Shown piece after piece: positions 56,371-64,000 of a DNA stretch of 64,000 nucleotides. Made by a program: the position numbers and the translations under genes. Below the pieces are notes generated by a model. It saw only the letters and a list, made by a program, of their open reading frames with translations, did not search any database and had not been told where the DNA came from. The stretch's first letter is position 1. Each line of letters opens with the position of its first letter. The stretch is from Neocallimastix sp. 'constans' (Eukaryota), in contig JBODTK010000012.1 of NCBI GenBank assembly GCA_050613775.1, forward strand, positions 930,001 through 994,000, written 5' to 3'.

Positions 56371-57994
56371 GATCAATTTTTATATTTTTATAAATTAACA
56401 ATCAATGTCTCCAAAATTTTATTAAAATAATTTAATGGTAAATTATTAATAAATTATTAATCCAAAATAACTACTTCTCATAATAAATAATAAATAATAA
56501 ATAAATAAAAAATAAGTAATAAATAATAAATAATAAATAATAAATAATAAATAATAAATAATAAATAATAAATAATAAATAATAAATAATAAATAATAAT
56601 AAATCATAAAAAATAAATAATGAATAATATTAAATAAAAAATAATGAATTTTTAAATAACAAATTATAAGATAACAAATAAATAAATGAATAAATAAATA
56701 AATAAAAGTATTATTAATTTATTAAATTTTAAAGTTTTAATTTACATTTAATAATGTAAACAATATGAATAATAATTAGTCATATCAGTCATATAATTGA
56801 TTATTATAATTTCCTAAATAAGCAATATAGTGCTAAAATTATTTTTTTTTTGATTATAACTAATATAAAAAAATTTAAAAAAAAAATTTTTTTAAAAAAA
56901 ATAAAGAAAATTTCAACTTTTATAAATGATAAATAAAAAGAAAATTTTAATTTTCTATGATATAAAGAGATAGAAAGCAAAAATTTAGCAGATTTTCATT
57001 TATAAATTTGAAAATAGAATACTTTTTTGTGATGTTTTAATTTTTATTAAAAGATTCTTTCATTTATTCTGAATAGCATTTTGTTACTAATTATTTATTT
57101 AATATTAAAGTCATAGTAATAATAATTTAAGTGATTATAGTTTATTTCATTTTTTTTATTTATTTTCTTTTCTTTTAAAGTTTTAAGCAATGTTTTTTTT
57201 TTTTTTTTTTTTTTGAATATCCTTTTTAGTATATATAGATAATAATAAATGTGTATAAATGTGTATTAATTTGTAATTATCTTCAATTAGTATTTATATT
57301 TATTAAAAAATATTAATTAAAACTATATTTAATTAAATTATTATATAAATAAAAATTTTAATATATTATTTTCCTATTTTCCGATAAATCAATAAGATAA
57401 AAAAAAAATGAGTTATTTAAATACTTCTAATTAAAGCTTTATATTTTAATTTTAATATAAATAAACTATTAATAGTTGTTAATAATTATTATCAATTAAA
57501 ACCTTATATTAAAATACTAATAACAATAACACTTCTTTTATAAAAATAATTTGTAAATTAATATTCATTTATAATAAATGCTAACTTTAAAAAATTTTGT
57601 AGATAATAAAAACCATAAAAAATTTTTTAACCTATTTTTATTTCAATTTTTTATTATGATTATCATGATCAATATATTAAAAAGTAGTTTATTTTATTTT
57701 GTTTTTATTTTTATTTCTATTATTATGTTATATCTCAATATATTTTTTTAATTAATGAAAATTTCGATTATAATTTTTTAAATGGAAGAGATATTTTTTT
57801 TTTGTTTGTTATTTGTTTTATTTCAATTAGATTAATTTAATTGTATTATTTTAAATATTAAAGATTTTAATTATAAATTTTATTAATCAATATTAGAGTC
57901 AACATTTTATATAAATTAGAATAAATAAAAACTTTTATTAATTAATGCTTTGATCTTTTTATTATTTTTTAAAGTTATTTTTATTTTTTAATTT

Positions 57995-58593
57995 TATTTT
58001 ATTCAATCTGTACTTTATATTCATATTCTATTATTTATTTTATTTTATTTTATTTTATTTTACTCAATCTGTACTTTATATTTATATTCTACTATTTATT
58101 TTATTTTATTTTATTCAATCTGTACTTTATATTCATATTCTACTATTTATTTTATTTTATTTTATTTTATTCAATCTGTACTTTATATTCATATTTCTAC
58201 TATTTATTTTATTTATTTTATTTTATTTAATCTGTACTTTATATTCATATTTCTACTATTTATTTTATTTTATTTTATTTTATTTTATTTTATTTTATTT
58301 TATTAAATCTGTACTTTATATTCATATTTCTACTATTTATTTTATTTTATTTTATTTTATTTTATTAAATCTGTACTTTATATTCGTATTTCTACTATTT
58401 ATTTTATTTTATTTTATTTTATTTTATTTTATTTTATTTTATTTTATTAAATCTGTACTTTATATTCATATTTCTACTATTTATTTTATTTTATTTTATT
58501 TTATTTTATTTTATTTTATTTTATTTTATTTTATTTTATTTTATTTTATTTTATTTTATTTTATTTTATTTTATTTTATTTTATTTTATTTTT
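57995..58593 (-). repeat. Second array (8 cores) of the same minisatellite as 27279-28232, in inverted orientation
   Basis: AATCTGTACTTTATATT(C/T)ATATT(T)CTACTATTT counted 8 times, separated by (TTTTA)n. Confidence 0.93.
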
Positions 58594-58883
58594 ATTTTTC
58601 ATATTTTGTGAAATATTTCAAATATCTAATATCGGCCTAATTATAAAATAATGATGATTTAAATTATTAATTATGTAAACTATAAACTTCGATTATCATC
58701 AAATAGCAAATTTTAATAATTTTTATAATTTTATTCCAAAATATTTCTCATATATCATTATAAATTTTAATTATAATTTATATCTTGACCGTTACATTAA
58801 CTAAATTTTTGTTCGGAATTTTATTTTAATAAAAAAATTTTTTTAAATATTTGAAAATGAATTATTTTATTTCTATTTCTATC

Positions 58884-58985
<102 letters not shown>

Positions 58986-59910
58986 AATATTTATTTTTTT
59001 ATTTTTTAATATTTAATTTTTATTTTTTAATACTTATTTTTATTTTATATAAAGGTATATTATTATTTTTTTTTTTTAAATAGTAATGAGTGTTTATAAT
59101 TTATAATCTTAATATAAATGGAAGGCTGATTTACTAAATATTTAATATAATTAAAATAAATTAAAAATATTTATTATAAATAAAGTTTTTAATGTTACAC
59201 GACAATGAATAGAATAGAATTTTTTTTTTTTTTTTAGATTTTAAATAATGTATATATATAATATATCATATGAATAATGTTTAAAATATATATATCATCA
59301 TCTAATATCTCCAAATGTAATTAATTCTTCACTTGTTGAATTTCTTACCTGATTCATCTATTAATAAAAATAAGTAAATACATAAATAAACTTATGATTT
59401 TAAATTTTTCATTTTATAGATTATATCAAATAAAAAAATAATTTTCATTAATTAAAACGAAAAGATATATAATATATACAATATAAGAGAATAAAAAAAT
59501 AACATAATGACAATAATAATATAATTAAATTTTTTATATAATTTTGTTAATATATAAATGACGCACAATAATTATCACAAAAATTAATATTATTTTAATT
59601 TTTATAAAAATTACCAAAACAATACAAATTAAAATTAGAAATGTTGATTACTATAAATTACACTTTATTAAATTTTTTTTTTAATATATGTTTATTTATA
59701 TATAATAGAATTCTGATATAATTTTTAAATATATATCAATTAGGATTGATAAATATATATTATAATAATAAATATTAATAAATCTAAATATATTATGAAT
59801 TAAATAAAATATATAGAAATATATATATATAAAAAAAGAGGAAGTTCTATAATTATAATAACTATGAATAATAATAATATTAATAATAAAAAATAATACT
59901 AATAATACTA

Positions 59911-59957
<47 letters not shown>

Positions 59958-60039
59958 ACCTAAAGTATAAATTATAATAATAAACATGTTTATTATTTAA
60001 TTAATAATAATATACATTTTAATTAAATATTTATATACA

Positions 60040-60070
<31 letters not shown>

Positions 60071-60297
60071 GGAATAAAAAAATCATATATAAATAATAAA
60101 ATATCTTTTAAATTTTTAGATTTAAAAAATTCATTATATATTCTGTTGATTATAAAAAGCAGAATAATAATTGTAAAATTGGAGATATTTTAAAAATAAA
60201 ATAATAAAAATAAATAAAGTAAAGGTATTAGTTAATTTATTTTTTTTTGATAAAAAAATAATTATACAATATTTAAATAAAAAAAAGTAAAATAAAA

Positions 60298-62528
60298 ATG
60301 AAAACTAGTTTTTCTCTTTTAATTGCAGCTTTAGCTTACAAAAGCGCTAGTGCTGCGTCTTGTTTTTCTGAAGATCTTGGATACAAATGTTGTCAAGGAT
60401 GTACTGTAGTTAGTACTGATGAATCTGGTAAATATTTTTAAATATTAAAATGGAAAGAATAAATATAAATTTAATGTAAAGTTTTTTAAAGAAATTTATA
60501 TCTATATTACTTATAAAAATATATAATTTTTTAAAAATAAATAAATAAATAAAATAATAAATAATAAAAGGTGAATGGGGTATCGAAGACAATGAATGGT
60601 GTGGTATTCCAAGTTCTTGTAATGGTTCAGATGCTACTTGCTGGTCCGAGCCAGGTAGAATATAAATTTATGAAATATTATTTTTTAAAATTAGTTTTTT
60701 TAAAAATAATTTATAAATATAAATAATATAATTTTTAATAATAATTATATATATATATTTTCTCTAATGTATGCTATTTATTTATTTTGTAATATTACTA
60801 TTGTTTTTATTTTATGCCATGTTATGTCGTTTTTAAAAGATTATCCATGCTGTAAGGATAATAGTAACATTGTATACTCTGATGGTCAAGGTGATTGGGG
60901 TTATGAAAATGAAAACTGGTAATAATTTTTATTCTATTATATAATTCAAAAAATATATATATATATATTTATATATATAAAATTATAAATATATAAGTAT
61001 ATTTATTTATTTATATTCAAAAAGAAAGTGATGGTTAAAAAAGTTAGTAATATTTAATTAAATTTAATTGTATATTATGTTTTAATTATTTATTAAATTA
61101 TAAAATAAAAGGTGTGGAATTGTAAAAGATAGTGATATTGAAGATGATACTTGCTGGTCTCTTCCAAGTTATCCATGTTGTACAGAAGAACAAGAACCAG
61201 TTTATGTTGATGATCTTGGTAAATGGGGTATTGAAAATAATGACTGGTGTGGTATTAAGCCAACTCAAAATAAAACCACCACTACTAAGAAAACTACAGA
61301 TAAGAAGACTACTGCCACTAAAACTTCTACAACTACTACTGATTCTTACTACAACAAGAATAGAAAGCAATCTCCATACCCAGAAGAAAAGAATCAATGT
61401 GGTTCCTGGGCTCTTATTGATAATGTTTGCTGTGCTTCCTATTGTGATAATGAAGATTCCACCCAAGGTTGTGGTACCTGTGGAGGTTTAGATTCTCCTC
61501 ACTGTAAGGTAGTTGATAGTTTTGCTTGTAGATCTGGTGACCGTGGATACGATTTCTACGATATTCCAAATGAATTCCATTATTCTCGTTCTACTCACTT
61601 TGGTTTAACCTTCGGTGGTGCTTGTGGTTTTGGTTTATATCAAGTTTGTGGTTCTGACCATAACTACACTGGTGAATTCCGTACTCTTTGTGATGCCTTC
61701 TGTAAGGCTTACCCAACATTATGTAAAGATCCAGCTGGTCGTACTTATCGTGGTAACTTTGCTGCTCCACAAGGTAACTACTACACTCAATTCTGGGGTG
61801 CCTTAGAAGGTGATCAAGATAACTACTTGTCTTGTGGTGAATGCTTTGAAGTTTACAAGACTAAGCCAGATGGTTCTGATTACAAACCAGGAGAAGATGG
61901 TTACCAACCACCGGTTCTTCTTTCTGTTATTGATTCCTGTCCATGTAATGCTAATGGTAAATGGTGTTGTGGTTCTGAATGGGATCAATGTCAAGAAATT
62001 GACTTCAAGTATGGTTGTCCAGTTCCAAAGGATAGTATTCACCTTGATCTTTCAGATATTGCTATGGCTCGTCTTCAATCTGGTTCTTCCAACGGACATA
62101 TGGAAGCTGGTGTTATTCCAAACAAATACAGAAGAGTTCCATGTCCAAGATTAGGTAACATGTACATTTGGCTTCGTAAAGATGCTGGTCCATACTGGTT
62201 CGCTTTCTCTGTTGTTAACTCTGCTGGTTTCGGAGCTATTGCTGTTCTTGAAGCTAAGAATGATGAAGGTAAATGGGTTAAGATGATTCGTGATCCAAAC
62301 TACACTATGTCTCGTCCACAAGAACGTTATGGTGTTTGGGTTACTCCACAAGATACTGGACCATACAACCTTCCAGTTGATATTCGTTTAACTGATGGTT
62401 CTGGTGTTACTATTGTTGCTGAAAAGGCTATTAAGTCCTTTACTCCACCAGCCGATGCTATTAAGGACTATTACTATATTGATATTGGTACTAACTTCCC
62501 AGAAATTCCAATTCCAGATCCAGAATAA
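60298..62528 (+). CDS. Swollenin (expansin-like protein) with signal peptide, three N-terminal fungal dockerin (CBM10-like) domains and Thr-rich linker; ~569 aa; exons 60298-60427, 60571-60654, 60840-60918, 61112-62528
   Basis: GT-AG introns give a continuous frame of 1710 nt. Three C(W/F)S...Y.CC...D..G.WG.EN..WCGI-type modules. Swollenin-like motifs HYSRSTHFGLT.GGACGFGLY, RGNFAAP.G.YYTQFW, DNYLSCGEC, HLDLSDIAM.RLQ. Confidence 0.9.
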
Positions 62529-63152
62529 ATTTTATTATAAATTTTAAATAAAAACTTTTTATTTTGTTTTTTTGAATTTATAATTAGATTAAAATAAAAC
62601 TAATATATATGTATGTAAAAGTAAAAGTTAATTTAAAAAAGAACAAATATATGTATAAAAGAAAAATAAAAATTAAAAAGTATAAAAATATAATATAAAA
62701 TAAAAATAAATTAATTTTCAATAAAATAAGTAAACTATATAAATAAAAATTAAAATAATATATTGAAAAGAACTATAAATATTTTTTGGAAAAAAAGTTC
62801 AATGATTTTATTTATGATTTAATTTTCATTTTATTTGCCAATGAAATAAGGAATCTTTCCTTATTTCCTTCTTATTCTAATATTGTTGAATATGAAAATT
62901 TCATTCAACAACTTTCATTGACTTCATTTCGCTCATTCTCGACTGATCTCAAGCCTCTATGCAGCTTCACTACGTTACGTGCTCGATCTCTCACTCGTCT
63001 ACATTCGCTTCATTTCGTTTAATCATTTCAGTTGTTTCATTCATAATAAACACAAAAATGATCTCAAATTTTTCGATGTTTTAGATTTCTTAAGAAATAA
63101 AATTCCTTAAACAGCTAAAATTACCTGGATCTTGTGTAATAAACTTAAACAA

Positions 63153-64000
63153 ATGAACAAGTCAAGAAAATCTAATAACATTGATGTTGAACTTAATCCT
63201 ATGGCGAAAGATTTTTTCTCTAGCCATCTAAATTCAAATTCTTCTTTCTTTAATCTCTGTGTTAGTTGGAATATTAACGGTTGGAATACTGAAAAACGTG
63301 ATAGTATTTTATATCTCAACTCTATTTTCAAACCTATATGTATCTGTTTACAAGAAACTGGAAAAAGTAAATATCTTCCAAAAGATGTTTCATCACCATT
63401 AATCCCATATTACAACTCAGTTTTCCTTAGAGCTAATCCTAAAATCCCTGGTATGAGAGGACTCTTTATTGGTGTTCATTCTTCGTGCTCTTTCTTCCAA
63501 GAACCGTTTTTATACAAATATATCATTTCAGTAAATATTACTTCTTTCTGGAATCAAAAATGTATTATTGGTAATATCTACTTCCCTCAAAGCAAATGGA
63601 AGGAAGAAAGATTAGCTGCTTTTGATGAACTTTCTCAATGGTTACGTTTTCACAATAGAAAAAACGTTCCTGCTGTCCTAGTTGGTGATTTTAACATGTC
63701 ATTAAAGAAGATCAAAACATACATTTCAAATAATTTTCCTAATTGGTATATTGCTCCCTTATTTGGTAATCAATTTACTTATGCCAAAGGTACTAGATCA
63801 TCTTGCATTGACCATGTCATATATAATGAGGTTTTGGCAGCTCATTTTAATAAAACCTCGGTTTGCACTTCATTTTATGGTATTTCTGATCATAAACCTA
63901 TTATACTTTCTTGCGACAAAGTTCTCTCCGATGGTTTTATAAGGCCTGCTAAAGTTTCTAAATGGTCAACACATATTTGTAAAACAAAAAATTCAGATAT
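63153..64000 (+). mobile_element. Non-LTR (LINE-like) retrotransposon ORF with APE endonuclease domain, open to the window end
   Basis: Manual translation of the frame from ATG 63153: SWNING, CLQET, IGNIY, VGDFN, SCIDHV, ISDHKP, with no stop before 64000. The RT domain is not visible in this window. Confidence 0.82.

Noticed and set aside
59340..59370. Minus-strand micro-exon (TAG-ATGAATCAG-GTAAG)
   Set aside because: No neighbouring exons could be joined into a frame.
61098..62351. Short ORFs overlapping the swollenin
   Set aside because: Alternative-frame or antisense shadows. The 61827 ORF is just the 3' part of exon 4.

Overview
Extremely AT-rich eukaryotic DNA with GT-AG introns. A giant fungal scaffoldin and a protein with fungal dockerin (CBM10-like) domains point to an anaerobic gut fungus (Neocallimastigomycota); this is inferred from gene content. 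There are five apparently intact genes: (1) an intronless membrane-anchored EEP-superfamily hydrolase that looks bacterial (2986-4071); (2) a ~5326-aa scaffoldin-like gene (minus strand, 22690-5911), with two signal-peptide exons the ORF track misses, ten ~220-aa tandem units and eight repeated Kex2-type KR sites; (3) an intronless ankyrin-repeat protein; (4) a small secreted Cys-rich two-repeat protein of unknown function; (5) a 4-exon triple-dockerin swollenin. The rest is mostly decayed transposons: a 5'-truncated copia flanked by an unusual ~70-bp target duplication, nested Ty3/gypsy relics with tRNA-Ala primer sites and a -1 frameshift signal, solo LTRs, MITE/fold-back elements and a LINE endonuclease ORF running off the window end. 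Two inverted arrays of the same minisatellite lie ~30 kb apart. All calls come from reading the sequence by eye; no database searches were run.
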